Source: Setoptus koraiensis (Eukaryota; Animalia; Arthropoda). Taken from it: DNA of 64,000 bases. The stretch lies in contig CM106585.1 of the NCBI GenBank assembly GCA_048013815.1, positions 23,808,001-23,872,000 of the forward strand, in the 5' to 3' direction. This document shows, in pieces, positions 12,625 through 26,649 of the stretch. The notes below the pieces were generated by a model. The model had not been told where the DNA came from and searched no databases. It saw nothing but the letters and a program-made list of their open reading frames with translations. The translations under genes were made by a program, and so were the position numbers. How positions within the stretch are numbered: position 1 is the stretch's first letter; each line of letters starts with the position of its first letter.

Positions 12625-15600
12625 AGGGCAGCAGCAGACGGCGGTAGAGAGGCAAATATTAAGCACCACTTGAGCCGCTGTCGAGTCGCTGCAAACATCT
12701 TGATATCGTTGCCCATCCAATTGCATCATTATGTAACCTCGTGTGCGTGCGTGCGTGTCCTCGTGAGCGATAATTTCACTTGTATCCTTTAATAGGCGTT
12801 ATGTTTACGGGGGCCCCCAATAAAAGGACAGCAGCGGTTGGAGGAAAAGTGGAAAACTATATCTAGTCACTAGGTTGCACAATCCAGTCACTAGGCCATT
12901 TAGCCGGCCTAGATGGCGAGCGCGAGATACCAAAATAGCGCCCCCCCAGCCCCCCGATGCCAGCACGCCCACGGAATGTGTTTGAGCAATGTGTGAATGG
13001 TGTCTACAATGGTGCACGATGGTGCTACAATGTGCAAAACAGAGAATGGGTGCAAAATAGAGAACGGGTGCAAAATGGGCCCCAAATAAGTAGATAATGG
13101 TTGTTTGTAGCAACTTGAAACATGTCGCCAGAGGACAAAAGGAAAATGGACGCCTGACACTTATCTTGGCCGGGCTAGGCACACCGAGCGGCACTATCGC
13201 ACTCTGGCAGCCAGTTGGGGGATTTGGTTCGGCTTGGTTCGGCTTGGTGCAGCTCGGTTCAGCTTGGCTGTGTCTGGTTCAGTCTGGTTCAGTCTAGCTA
13301 GGCTTGGCTGTGTCTGGTTGGGTGTGGGGCCGGCCCTGGACGAGAGTGAGGCCCGTGCCCAAAATAAAACTGCAAGCCAACTAATAGAATAGTAATAGAA
13401 GCGGCCGTAGTCAGCGTGACATTATCGCATTGTCAGATAAATAAGAATGGCGTTGTAAGAACGTGTGCGGTCGGCAAGCCAAGACGCCGTGTATACGTTG
13501 TTTAGAATGCGTTTGCTGTTGAGAAGGGGGCTTGTAGGCTGCAAGTGGGGCCCGTCCGCGCTGGCCAAGCTGCAGCCAGTTATAGAGTGGTGCAAATAAA
13601 AAACTAACAATGGCCAAACTTTAAAGGAACACCCTGCCAGAGAGATAAACAATGGACCCCGGCCGGCAAGCGCCAATGATGGGTGGCAGCGGTGCAATGA
13701 CTGAAGTTTTATATTTGAAATCGATCGTTAATCTTAATGCTGTTGCTGTCTCTTTGTCAGCCATGAATGCCAGCCAGCCAGACGACTAGCCAGCCGACCA
13801 GCCAGCCGGTTTCAAGTGCCAGCTTCCAGCCGGAGATAGTTTAGTTGAGCCCCGCTAATGACGCCAATACAATATAATCTGTCGCGGCTAAAATAACTAG
13901 CGGCCCAAAATGCCGTTGTTGTCGGCGGCGGCGGTGGCGGCGGCGCTGCTGTTAACGTCGTCCTCGTTGTAACGCAAAAGAATAATGTGAGCTAGCCAGA
14001 TTATGGTGTTGGTCCCACAACGCCAACCAATTACAACGGCCCAGTGATGGTCTCGCCTGGATCATCAGTTGTTGTTTTATATATCAGTTGTCGTATATAT
14101 CGGCAATTATATATCGGCAAGTGGCGCCGCTCCGGGGCGCACTTGTCCGGCTTGTTCAGCGGGGCCCAACACTGCACACTGGTGCACGCTAGTGCTCGGA
14201 ATGCCAAATGTTGTCGCAGAAAATCTCGAGGCCCCAAAGCAATTCGCTCACTTGAGGCAAGCTTAAATCTTGAATTTAAACTCGAGATGTGCCAATTGAA
14301 TACTGCCATTGTATCATTGTTTTGCGTGCCTCTCTTAATGCCAACAGAGATATCGGAGAGCCGATACTAGAGTATCGACAACGCCATCGATGGGCCACTC
14401 GGATATCTAGCGGCTTGCATGCAATGCGTGCGCAGTTTGAAATAATTGCCTTATGGATGAGCAGGCATCCAACAAATAATGAGGCACAAAGAGAATGAGA
14501 GCGAGAGAGGGGCCCCAAAGAGATATTGTGTGCATGTGATAGTGCAACGAGGCCATCCAGTGTGTCTGCGAGCATCTCGGCTTGGAGCCCATCCGCCGCG
14601 ATCTGATTGTATCCGCTCTGATAACATCTCGGCCCTATCTCAAGGATATCAGTGCCAAGAGATATGGTTTTGGGCCCACAAATCTTGTTATATTTGCGCC
14701 ATCCCATGTTGCCATGCTCCAGCACTCTAGCGGCTAGAGTGTCGGAGTCTAGCGACATCCTAGCAACACTGTACATTACGTAGCAACACTATACATTACG
14801 TAGCAGCATTAGGATCATCCGATCACAGAGATAAGTATCGATATTTCGCCTGTAGTGTATGTATGCGTGATGCAAACGAGCAAAGAGTGCAGAAAATAAA
14901 TTTTCGCTCTCTGAACTTTACTTGTATTCTTTACATTTATTATCATGTAGAGGCACAACCTTCACTTCCGGTTTGGAAATCACTTGTTTGTGGGTTGTTA
15001 TCAATAATAGTTTTGGCTATCATTACTGTGTTACTATGTTTCTGCACCGATTCACACAGCTGATTCAATTTAATTTTGAAACTTTTACATGTTTTACATT
15101 GAACGGTCAGAGCGTCGCAGTGAACGGCATTGGGCTGTTTGGGCCACTTTGGGCACGTTGGAACTCTCACAATTTGAGCTTGCAAGTTTCTATGGTCTAA
15201 ATGCAAGTGGTCGGCATATAATCATGTAATTGGCTGGTCACTCAACTCTGTTCGTCTGTCGTGTTTATATCTCGTCTCATCTCGTCTCGTCTCATCTCAT
15301 CTCATTTTTATGGCCTCGCCAAGTGTGTCTCTGTTTATGGTAGACACAAAATGGTGACCGGTTAGCGGGGCATTCAATAACATCACGTTCGTTGCGTATT
15401 CCATCATCAAGGGGCGACTCGAGACGAAGAGTAGCCGAGAATGAATACACAACAGACATAGTGAGATGGGCCCCACAACGGGACCGACTTGCGCCAAATG
15501 AAAACATTTATGCCGGCCCATGTAATCTAAATAGGCAAACTAAATGGCCAGAGATGCACAATATGACATAATAACAATGTGACGGCGCATATTACGGCGC

Positions 15601-18600
15601 AAGCAAATTATTGTGTGCGTGTGTGTGTGTGTGTTTATGTGGATTTTCTATTTAAAATTGTCATGCCAAGAGTATCCATGGCCGAATTGGGGCCCGACTG
15701 AGACCCGACGTCTCAAGCCAATCGAAAGGAATGGCGCAACAACTAAACAGTGTGTGTGTGTGTGTGTGTGATATACGACACTTGTTCTCTTGGGCTTGTT
15801 AGTTGGTGCGCGAGCTCTTATCCGGCTCGGCACACGGATCCCCAAGTGCTCAAGTGCATCGCTGCGAGGCTGCCAATGGGCGAGCGGGGCGACAGGCCGA
15901 ATGGGGCGAATGGGGCCACTAGACGAACAGCGGCCAAAGGATGGATAGTAGTGGAGATAGAGAGCAGAGGAGGAGGAAATTCAAGACGACGTGGCGTCGC
16001 TAGTGATGCAGTTGAATCACACAAGAGAGAAACGTGAGAGACATAGTGGATGTGTCTGGGTGGCACGTTGAAGTCGTGTTTGCTGGGTTGTGCGAGTTCC
16101 GCTTGTGAAAAGCGACACTGCACCACCGACAACAGCCAACAACAACCAGCGGCAACAACAACAACAACGGCAACAACGAGCGACCAGGCCCAAGATATAA
16201 CAACGGACACACATGACAGTGGAGTAAAGGGGCATTGAATGAAATAAAATGATGCCATGCGATGAGATAAGATGAGATGTGAGGCCCAGTTGAAATGAGA
16301 TAACTAGAGGATAGGATAGGATGATTAGTTGGTCAGCTGACCGCTGCCAGTGCGGTGTGTAGTGGCGATCGCGCGGGTACGGGTACGGGTGCGGGCGCGG
16401 ATGTGTGATGCGGCAAGAATAAAATGGCCGACCGACTCAGCGGCCGGTCGGTAGAGGCGCTCTCAAGCAGGCTCAACGAGAGCGCCTTAATGGTGTCACT
16501 GTCGGCCACTAGTCAACACACACACACACCCAGTGAAATGTTAGCATTTGGCAAGTTGAGAGTTGAGGCACGATGATGATTTTGGGGGCCTCGTTTGCAC
16601 GCTATCAACGTTCAATGTGCATGTCAGCAGTTATATAATAAGCAGGCAGCAGTTAGCGATCACACAACTATCACGATCACGACAACAACGCCAACGCCAA
16701 CAACAGCAACAACAACAACAACGGCAACCAGATCGCATTTCGTGCGCAACGCGCGACAAGGCGTCAACAATAAGATAGTGATAGAGAGCAAAGAAACTGA
16801 CCACTGTCCACTGGCCACTCTGACCACTTTGGTCACTCTGGTCACTTTTGCCACTCTGGCCATAAGCAATAAGCTAGCCAGAGCAGAGTTATGTCACATT
16901 TGTGTGCGCTGACCACAACTCATGTGGCCACTGGCAAGTTGGCAACAAACCACGGCATTGCGTCATGAATATCAACAACACACACACATACACAGTAAGT
17001 GTGTGTGTGTTGTATTTTGATGGCCTCAAATACAAATTAAATTGACCACATATCGGGCCCGTATCATGCAAACAACAGATTTATTCCGTCATCATATTTA
17101 CGATCAAAATGGCGCACACAAGTGCCATTTCTTTTCTTGCCCATTCAATACAATAATAATTGAGCGATTTCAATGCCATTGGGCGCTTATTATTTGTGGC
17201 CGCTCGCACTTGGCCGGTTGCTACAGGCAACCAGTTGCGACCGGCCAACTTAACGGCACGCAACTCAAATATTTGAATTGAATTCTTTTCATTCTTCTTC
17301 TGGGCCCCCTGGCCCCACTTTGCCCCAAATACAATTCCCAAATGGAATATCCCCGAATGGGCCCACACAGTGTACAGTGTATGACAGCCTGTAACCAGAG
17401 CAATAGTTGTAAAAAGTGTTCAACTTTTTCACCCTGATCCCGCTGTCATCGCTGCGCAAAGTTGTCGACATTCATTAATTATCAACTGGGGCGCACCGTT
17501 ATCGCGCATCCAACAGCAGTTAGCAGTTCTTTTGGGTGCCCTGCAAATCATGCCTGCCTGTCCGCTTGCCCGTTGCCGCTCCCAAAAGCATGTTTGCAAA
17601 TTAATCTCGTCTTAGTTAGCTGCAGACTAAGAGTTTTTTTTCTTTTATTAATGATAACAGCGCTGCTGCATGTGTAATTACAACAACGTTGTCCTTTGTG
17701 TTGTGTGGCCAACTTTATCTTTTTTCACCCCCTAATTTGCATATGTCACGTGATTGTAACGTGCGTTTGCGAACCGTTGACAGGGCACAAAACACAAAAG
17801 GGGCACAGAATGAAAAATTTGTTGCTTGTTGCTTGGCCGATGTTGGTGTCGGTGCTTTAGTGGTCAGTGGTGATATCTGATCTCATGCTAACTAACATGC
17901 TGTTATACATGCTGTAAATGTAATGGTGTTAGTAACTGATTGTGTACGTGTTACAAATCGCATTTGTATTACATAATAGCTGGCCAGACGTGATTACGAT
18001 AGCTACTACGAGAGTGACCCGCCAAGAGAGTAACGACAAATTTGTTGACAGGGCACAGTTTGCGAGTGCGTTCATTCATTTCACACTCACGTAAGTCCGT
18101 GCTGCCGTCTACACCAAGTTGCAAGCAAATACTTTGTTACACACACACCGGCGAATACAAGCGAAAACGGATGTGGGCCCCAGTTTGCTCAGTCAGTATA
18201 GAGGGCGCCCATGTATTCGTGTCAGTGTATAGAGTGCCGGTAACAATAAACTTTCGCTGGTAATAAATAAACAGACACGAGAGAGAGCGAACACACAAAT
18301 TAGTGGATACAAACAACAGTGTCTGGCAGACAGAGAAATAAGAGATAAGCCGAGTGAAAAGTGTTACTCTGGCCAGCAAACAGCCAACTGACACTATTAC
18401 TGCAATATACATGCAGTAATAGTAATGTAACGGGCCCCCATTTTGTCTCATTAGGCGCCATAATCCAATGGACAGACTGTCTTGACATTTGCTTGTTTCA
18501 TTGGCATTGCTTTCACTGGCAAACTCACATATGCCACCAGGTAATGCAATAAAATTGATGGCGTTGTTATTTGAGAAGCAGCCCGAGTGATGTTCATTTG

Positions 18601-19683
18601 ATGGTCAGTTATCTGCGTTTGTTGTTTCCCAGACACACACAGATCCGAATCAGTTTGATGAAGCTGAAGCATTCATCTGTGCATCTAGTCACCAGACGCT
18701 ATTTATATCCACAGATGAATATCTTCTAATGCGCCGGTTGGTCATTTGTCCAAATGCAGCATTTGTGTTGTATGCTGACATAAAATATGACCAAGGAAAT
18801 GTGTTGCGGTCACCCTAACGAGCGTACAGTTCATGTATCGGGCGACAGGATGTCGCGTGCATACGCTTTATCCATATAGCCGTGTATGGATAAATGGGTA
18901 TGTATTCTGACAGTATAATACTGTGCACTGTGCACTGTGCGATATGAATGCCAGTGTGCTGGCTATGAATGTGCATATGCCAGCAGTGTCCATATGAAGA
19001 GGGGCCCCAATTGTTGGCGCACACTGTGCGCACAGTGTGTGCTCAGTGTTTCACCAAAATCCAACATATCAATTGTGCGAATGTGTCGAGTCACGCTTCG
19101 AATAACACGCACACAACTATTACTTGAACATTGTTGCTGTTGGAGTATTTGCAATTTTTTACTCTTGGCGCCCTTTGGGGCCCCAAAATGTCGCACACAA
19201 TTAATGCTAGTCGGCGTGCTGGTCACACTGACTGTTTGGCACTGGCTACACGATTTGCATTTATCAGCGAGTTGTTTGTTTCAACAGTGACTTTGAATAG
19301 TGCCAAACAGATTTGAATTGTGAAAAATGCTTATGCGTCATGTGACATGACACAAGCAGAGCTTGCAACAAACACAACAAGCTGACAAGTGTGCGCTTGA
19401 TTTGTAAATAATAAGAGCTAATCATGAATTGGTCAAACTCTAATGACTGCTCTCACCCAAGGACACACGACACGACGGGCCATATATTACAACCCGTTGT
19501 GTCGTTTATGTTTGTGAGTGATGACAGTCGTGCCAAGGGACAATAATCAAGTATTTTATTTATGTGCGCGTTATGTAACATCGGGCAAACGTCAGGCTAG
19601 CAGTGCAGCGTATGGCGACTGTGCCCACTGCAAGTGGATAAAGCAGACCACACTGGACATACCGTGGGTATTTTGGGTACGGT

Positions 19684-19755
19684 GGATATGGCGGACATGG
19701 CGGACATGGCGGACATGGCGGATATGGCGGACATGGTGAGCGTGGTGAGCGTGGC
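19684..19755. repeat. 9-bp tandem repeats (TGGCGGA(C/T)A about x6, then TGGTGAGCG x2)
   Basis: Read directly. Confidence 0.85.
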
Positions 19756-20333
19756 GAAAATGGTGCGCCCCAAACTGTTTGCAATAATGATTTTTTGTTG
19801 CTTGCGCGCTTGTTAGCTTGCTGGCTTGCTGACTCGCTAGCTCGCCGAGTGACAATTGACAATTGAGAGCTTGCTGGTGAGCGACAGCACACACATTGTG
19901 CCAAGTTGTGCCGGTCGCAATATTGTGCGCCACAATGTCGTGTCACCAGTCAACCAGTGACAAAAGGTACCCATTGGGCTCGTTGGTTTGATTCCCATTT
20001 GTGATTCCCATGGCTGGCTGGTGGCATTCGCTCATTACATGATACGCATCTAGGTGCTAATATCATCATATATATAAATATATATTCTGGGCTCGTGTTA
20101 TCTCTTTGCGTCGGTCATGTTCGGTATGTGTGTTGCTGCCACAAAACTTCATTTTCAACACTCCCGCTGCCCGAATGCCAACGCTGGCGAGTGTTTAAAA
20201 TTTATAATCCAGCTGATAGGTCGGATGGGGCCCACATTTTGTCGTCGCTGTGCCGCCGCGCCGCATACCATCAATCTTTTGGGCCGTCTCTATGTGGCCC
20301 GTTACGCCGTTGGGCCCTCTGTGCGAGCCACAC

Positions 20334-20427
20334 GCACACACTGTTGAGATACGACGCACACACTGTTGAGATACGACGCACACACTGTTGAGATACGACG
20401 CACACACTGTTGAGATACGACGCACAC
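20334..20427. repeat. 22-bp perfect tandem repeat (GCACACACTGTTGAGATACGAC) x4
   Basis: Four identical units without spacers. Confidence 0.95.
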
Positions 20428-22724
20428 GCACGCAGCCCTGAGTAACGTGACAAAAATACTCTCTGTCATTGTTAGCCAGCTCACAATCCTTTACAATTGG
20501 TCGCCAGCGAATTATCCAAAAGCTCGCTTGGGCGCAAGGCGAAATTGTGGGCCCCGGCACAAACCCCGGGCCCCACGAGCGGCCGAGAATTGTCGCGATT
20601 CCGATCCAAAGTAATCATTGCATTGTGTTATTTTGTGTGTTCGGCAAGCTTGAGCCAGCCAATTTAATGGCTGCCAGTGGCCGGCGGTGAGCGATGCGCG
20701 CCAATGAGGAGCGCAGAGTTTTTCGCTTCACCGATTGAATAGATTATATACAGTGCACTTGCTACGGCCACTAGGTGGCCGAAGGTCACTTTCACGCAAC
20801 AACCGTCGGACACAACCGACACGCACTACGTGTACGTCACAATATCAACACCAAAAGAGCCAGTCCGTTGACAACTCGTGAGACGACGCGCAAGTCTCGC
20901 CACACTGGCTCGGCTGGCATTATTTGAGTAGCATGACACTGTTGTTGTTGGTGCCGCTGGTGCCGCTGGTGCCGCTGGTGTCGCTGGTGTCGCTAGTGGT
21001 GGCCGCACACAGCCCACGGCGCGGCCAGGTGAGCAAACTTAAATGAGACGCCAGCCTCGAGATGGCACACCAAATCAAATAGCTATTACGTAAGCGCCGG
21101 TTCGTTACTGTCTGTCTCGCACCTACACACTTATTCACTTACTCGCTATTGCTCGTTGCGATGTTGCTCACTTACCCACGAGACTCGCTTACGGCGCCAG
21201 CGGGTATTTATAGCGCCAGTTTATACGCCTAGCTACCACTCATACTAGTTACAATATATGTTACATCACCTGCAAGGTGACACAAGCTACAACACACAAC
21301 ATTTCGTGTTGTGTAGCCCGCTCACCTTGACACAATGCGCGCCAAGACACTAACACAATTGCAGCCAGTGATAGATGATGGTTGTCGATGCTTGATTCGG
21401 GCGATACAATTGCAATTATCGATACCGTTTGAGTGATTCTTGAGTGGCCAGCCAAATGTGAAAATCATGGCAACTTGAGGCCCGCTTTGGGCGCCCCCTG
21501 CCCAAACATGGCAACTTTTTTCCTCGCAGGTTGGCCAATCGCGCCAATCGCGCCAATCTCGCCAATCTCGCCACGAAATCTCGCTACGTGATCTCGGTAT
21601 TGGCCACTTGCTATAGGGGCGCAACAGAGACTGACCGTCCGACTGGCAGCAGCCTCAGAATGGCAGCAAGCCCAAAATGGCGCCAGTCTCAGAATGGCAG
21701 TACCGTCAAATTGGCAGTAGGTGGCTCTCATCTCGTTGTCGAGAGCAGTCGCTTGTTTGTATTGTGTGTGTGCTTCAATGATTGCTGTCTAGTACGTGCG
21801 CGAAAATTGCTCCTCGCAAAGTTTGCATCGCAAAGATGCTCAAAAGTGATACCAACCATTGGCATTTATTGAATACCAGCGCCCATATGAAGTATGTTAA
21901 TAAATCAAAATCAAACAGTCCGTCCGCTGTCGGAATACAACAATGCAACGAGCACAATGCCAGCTCGTTTGCTGCGACCGGCCCCCCTTGTGAGACCGGC
22001 CCCACTTGTGAGACCGGCCCCACTTGTGCCACTGGCCGCACCGGTGAGGACACTGGCGAGACTGGCTCGCCCCGGGCACAAAACTTATATTATGACGCAT
22101 GTTATATCGCACAAATAATTTATATCTGACAAGTTGTATTTTGCAGCATCTATCACCATTTGGTATGCAGATGTAATTGCTTATTATATAAATATTGTTG
22201 TATATTGTTGTGCAGTGGCTGCGCCAATGCAACGCGCCGGCAGTTATTTATTTGTTTATGCATTTATTTTAATTGCTTTCATTTATTTCGCGATTTAAAT
22301 CATGATTTATCTGGCGATTTATTTCACAATTTATTTTGCGATTTATTTGCAATCTGGCAATTTGAATAGCGAAGCGCGCGACCTTAGCGTGAGTTTGTTA
22401 GCCGGGCGCACTTTACGCAATTGGCCGGCGATGGCCAGGTTACATTGTTAAATATCCGCGCAACACCGATGCACTATCGAGCTTCGCAACTTGCCGCTCG
22501 AGTTGCTGCGAGCTGCTGTTGTACCACGCAGCACTGATACCATAGAGCACCGATGCCATGGAGCACCGATACCATGGAGCACCGATAGCGTCGAGCACCG
22601 ATCGACCGATCCATCGATGCGTCTCCTGGTGGCCTGTCGATCAGGGTGCACGATGGTGCATAATGGTGCATCTATCTGGCTGTCTATTGTTATTGTCCTC
22701 TTTGTTGGTGCCCGTTTAGTGGGC

Positions 22725-22791
22725 GCCTCTGTGAGGTGCCTCTATGAGGTGCCTCTGTGAGGTGCCTCTGTGAGGTGCCTCTGTGAGGTGC
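22725..22791. repeat. 13-bp tandem repeat (GCCTCTGTGAGGT) x5
   Basis: Read directly; one unit has a G>A change. Confidence 0.9.
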
Positions 22792-25227
22792 ATCATTTAT
22801 CACTGAGGCAAAACTCAAAGTTTGCAACTTGCCAGCCATTTGCAAACTCAAAATATACTCAAAATATACTCACACCCACTCGCCAGTAGTCGGCGGAGTA
22901 GCCAGCTCAGTGTGGTTGCGTCAGTGCTTGGCCTCAGTGTTTGTGTGTCAGAGGCCCCCTAGTGTCTGGCCAGCGAGTGCCTGAGTGATACAGGGGCCAA
23001 CAAAGCAAATCGCAAACAGCAGCAAATCGGATATGGCAGCTATTGGCGATATTAGCCCACTAGTGGGTATAGTGGCGAATTATTGTATGCTAGGTACTCT
23101 CTAATCGATCCTGTCCTGTCCCCTCTCCCTCTGCCTCTCTATCTATCTATCTATCTATCTATGCATTCTGTGTCTATCTATTCTTGGCTTCTCAACAAAT
23201 CGAGTTTTTCAACTTGTTCTCGCCACTACGTACTTGCACTCACACTCGCACCGTAGTGATATATGTGCCAATATCCTCATCCCTTTATAAGCGTGGCTCG
23301 CTGGGCGGCCCTCACTTGGGCCGCTCTCGGTTGGACCAAGAATAAGGTTGGCCCAACGGCAGTGAGTTTTGCTTCTTCTCACATTAACAGCTCTCCAATG
23401 AAAGGGGCCCCTCTCCACGAGTGCTCAAAGGCTCGTACCTAAAGCAGCGCACCATCAGACACTATCAGAGATAACATTGCAAGTAGTTGGCGCTGTACAA
23501 CCTACAAACGGCGATGCTGTGTGCGTATAAAATGCTGGCCAGACAACGGATCTAACGGGCCGCTAAGCTAGCTTGCGGGGCTCACCACACTCCGGCAAGT
23601 TGTTGGGCATGGAGCGAGTAGAAAGTAGTGACTAGTGAGTAGAAAACACACACTACAAGTGAGAACAAGTGAGAATTACTCCAAGTGGAAAATTTATTCC
23701 CTGCTTGTTGTTTGTGTCCGCATACACACACTACGAGAATACACTGGTTTGGTGGGCCTATCTGTCTCTGTCTCTACGCTATGTCATTATATTATATCTT
23801 GTGCCAGGATATCGTTGCCAATAGTCTCGCCAATAGTCTCGCCAATGGTCCGCTGCCAATGGATGGCCCACCAATGGCCGATATATATATGGTCGGATAT
23901 ATGGTCGGATATATAGATCGACAGTCTATCTATAGTCGCCCTTAGATATCATAGAGTGACAGCCATGCATATCAAATTATGTGATATATGTGTCCGCTAT
24001 TCACATCAGCGCATGCAAATGCACATACGCATCACACAGATCCGGTGACTACTTCTTACCATCAACTACCAACACCAAGCTATTGACATGAACACATGAG
24101 CAGGCCCCATACCAATCAGTAACAACAATTTGTATTGGCTACATTACACACCAACCCCTTTGTGTAGTGTGTGGTGTGTCGTGTGTCGTGTTGTGCGTAT
24201 GTGGCCTGTGTCTTGTCAAATATATATATTATTTGACAAAGAATTATAAAAATATCCCTATTCATTGGCTTTCATTTTGTCAAAAATGACAACGCACCTT
24301 GGCCATATTTATCTAAACATTTGCATACTTACATAACTCGTATAGTAAGTGCGATTCTCAATAGCACTGGCTGCCATGTATAACTGAATGTATAGCTACA
24401 TATGCCATTGCTCAGATATACTCACTATCTAAGGCATTTATGAAACGCAAAGCGTATGCCAGTTTACACGACATAATGTGTGAGCGAATTAATATGATAT
24501 ATGCTGTATTCAATAACTCATGTCCAACATCTTGTCTGCTTCTCTTCTCAATCAACGGCCCTCACTTATGCAAGCCAATCTGTAAAGTCTACACTCTAGA
24601 GTGCGCTGTGGCCTATGCAACATCACTGATGCAACTGTTATATAAGGCAGTTACAGATAGACTTGTTTGTCTATTGCACAACTATTAGCTATATCTATTC
24701 TTGTCTGATTATAACCAGTTGTATGCGCGTATAAAGAACCACATGTTATGTTGGTTAGAGAGCTAACTCATTAGCCAATTTGCAGCAACGTGTCTCAGGC
24801 GAATTGCACTGTCACTTCAACTGTGGGGTGCCTTTTTTTCATTTGCAGTCACCATTTTCAAACGAACACACATAAACACAACGGCAGTGAATTAGCGGCA
24901 GCGGATAGACAGGTAGTGGTGGCGAAAGCAAAAAAGTCAGACCCACTCAAACAAAACCTAACGAGTGAATAACCAGTGTAATAATAAAACAATGGTCACC
25001 ATGACAGCCGAGGCTCAATAATACAATTACATGATCTCATTATTACCATGATTACTTTGCTAATAGTGTTTTTTCTCTTTTGTTAGCTATCACTATTAAA
25101 TTGATTTATCATGACATTTATCAGATCGGTTATTACGGTTATATACCGTTAGCTACATGCAGCCAATAACTGGCAGCCAGTAACGGGCTGCCAGTTAGAT
25201 AAGTAGAAAGTCGGAGAAAAAACTTAC

Positions 25228-26649
25228 CTGAGTGTCTCTAGGCACAATTTCTAATTTGTAATTACGCAATATTGTTGAATTGTTGTTTATATGATCTAGA
25301 GCCAAACGAACAGCTGGCCACATTGACAGGCCTAACGCGCCCCCTTCCAATTGATGATTTCCGGTGTGTGGAAAGAATCCACCGAAATAAATGGTACGTG
25401 CTTGTTTTTGTTTTATAACTCGTCGATTGTTTTGATTAGTGGTGTCGAATTGTATTAGTTGCTGATGCTGTTGATGATGTTGTTGTTGGCCCATTGATGT
25501 AACTTGTTGTTCTAGTTGAATCAATTTGTTTGTCGACATAGACGACGATAACAGATCTTGCCGATTCGATTGCTGTTCATTATAAACTATTTGCTCACTA
25601 GGTACTAATAGATTGAAAAGATTTGATGAGAGCGTAGACAATGATAATGAGTTTGTTTGTTGCTGTTGCGACTCAGTTGATGACAGCAATTGTGAGCTTT
25701 TATTGTAGTTGTTGATATCATTGAGCGGATGTATAATTGTAAACTGACCATCATTCAACATGGACGGAATCATATTATTATCATTGTCTAACGGTCGTTC
25801 TTTTTCTTGCCGCTCATAATAGTAATTGTCGCTTGCTTGCTTGGACAAATGACCATCGTAGCTGGCTGTATTGTTGTTGTTGGCGCTAACATTAAGTGCA
25901 GACTCGCCAGAGTTGTGATAATCAAGTTGAGGCGCCAACGACGATGCAACATTATCTAACCAGTTGTTGTCGTTTCGTCTATTGCTGGCGACATCGCTTG
26001 TTGTTTTTGTCGTCGTCAAGTTGGCGTCCGTCATTGAAAGTAATTGCTGCTGCTGTCGTAGTTGTTGCTGTTGTTGTTGTTGTTGCTGATGGTGGCGTCG
26101 GCGACGATTTTCATTTGTCAGATTATTTGTGTCATCACGTGCCTCGTGCTTCAATTGCTGACTATCGGGCGATGCATTGTAAGTCACGTAATCAAAGTGA
26201 TTTGAGCCTTGTCGTTGTGTCGACTCTTGATTGCTAGTCGTTGTTTCTTTAGATACAGCTGATGGGATCTGGTGCGCCACTGGCCCATTTTGCGACATGG
26301 ATGACGATTGAGCTAATCTGGCTAGACAGCAACAAAAGCACGATGCGACCACAATAAATACCAAAAAAGTTTTCATTGTTGTCAATACATTTTTGTTGTT
26401 ATGTATGTATATGTGAGTGTGCATTGCAATTTGAGTCAGTTTGCTTGTTTGATTGTTAATCCTAATTGAGAACGGATTCACTTGATTGTGATCAATCAAA
26501 TCAATATTGTGAATATTTTCTTGTCTGCTGCTTGATTCACCATCAGCTGACTTTTTTCTTCGTTTTCTTTTTCTTTTGATAGCACTCCACGATGTAGCCC
26601 CATCTTGCTCGTATCTAACACCTACATTAGCCTTGTCTCGGCGTGCCAT
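25228..26649 (-). CDS. GABA-B-R2: Metabotropic GABA-B receptor subunit (class C GPCR), first coding exon; most like subunit R2
   Basis: The 3' end encodes TIYFGGFFPHTGNHQLEGGALGLSMWPAVRLALDHINNNSTILRNYKLEIVPRDTQ. This resembles the start of the GABA-B Venus-flytrap domain (insect R2 as recalled: ..AGFFP...GRGVMPSVKLALGHVN...ILANYRL...NDTQC). It is followed by a strong CAG|GTAAGT donor in phase 0. Signal-peptide-like MKTFLVFIVVASCFCCCLARLAQS starts at Met92 (26376). Family call is firm; subunit assignment is less sure. Confidence 0.75.

Noticed and set aside
13422-13697. PLLNSKRILNNVY as the GABA-B PALNDSK.IG.SVY motif
   Set aside because: It lacks the conserved Asp and Gly and the flanking WETR and TM context, and upstream exons are absent.
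20334-20427. 22-bp x4 repeat as a CRISPR array
   Set aside because: Units are contiguous with no spacers, no cas genes are present, and the context is eukaryotic.
23209-23418. AYKG and a neighbouring-frame YEPLST as GABA-B exons
   Set aside because: The surrounding residues do not match, and the order and phase are inconsistent with exon 2.
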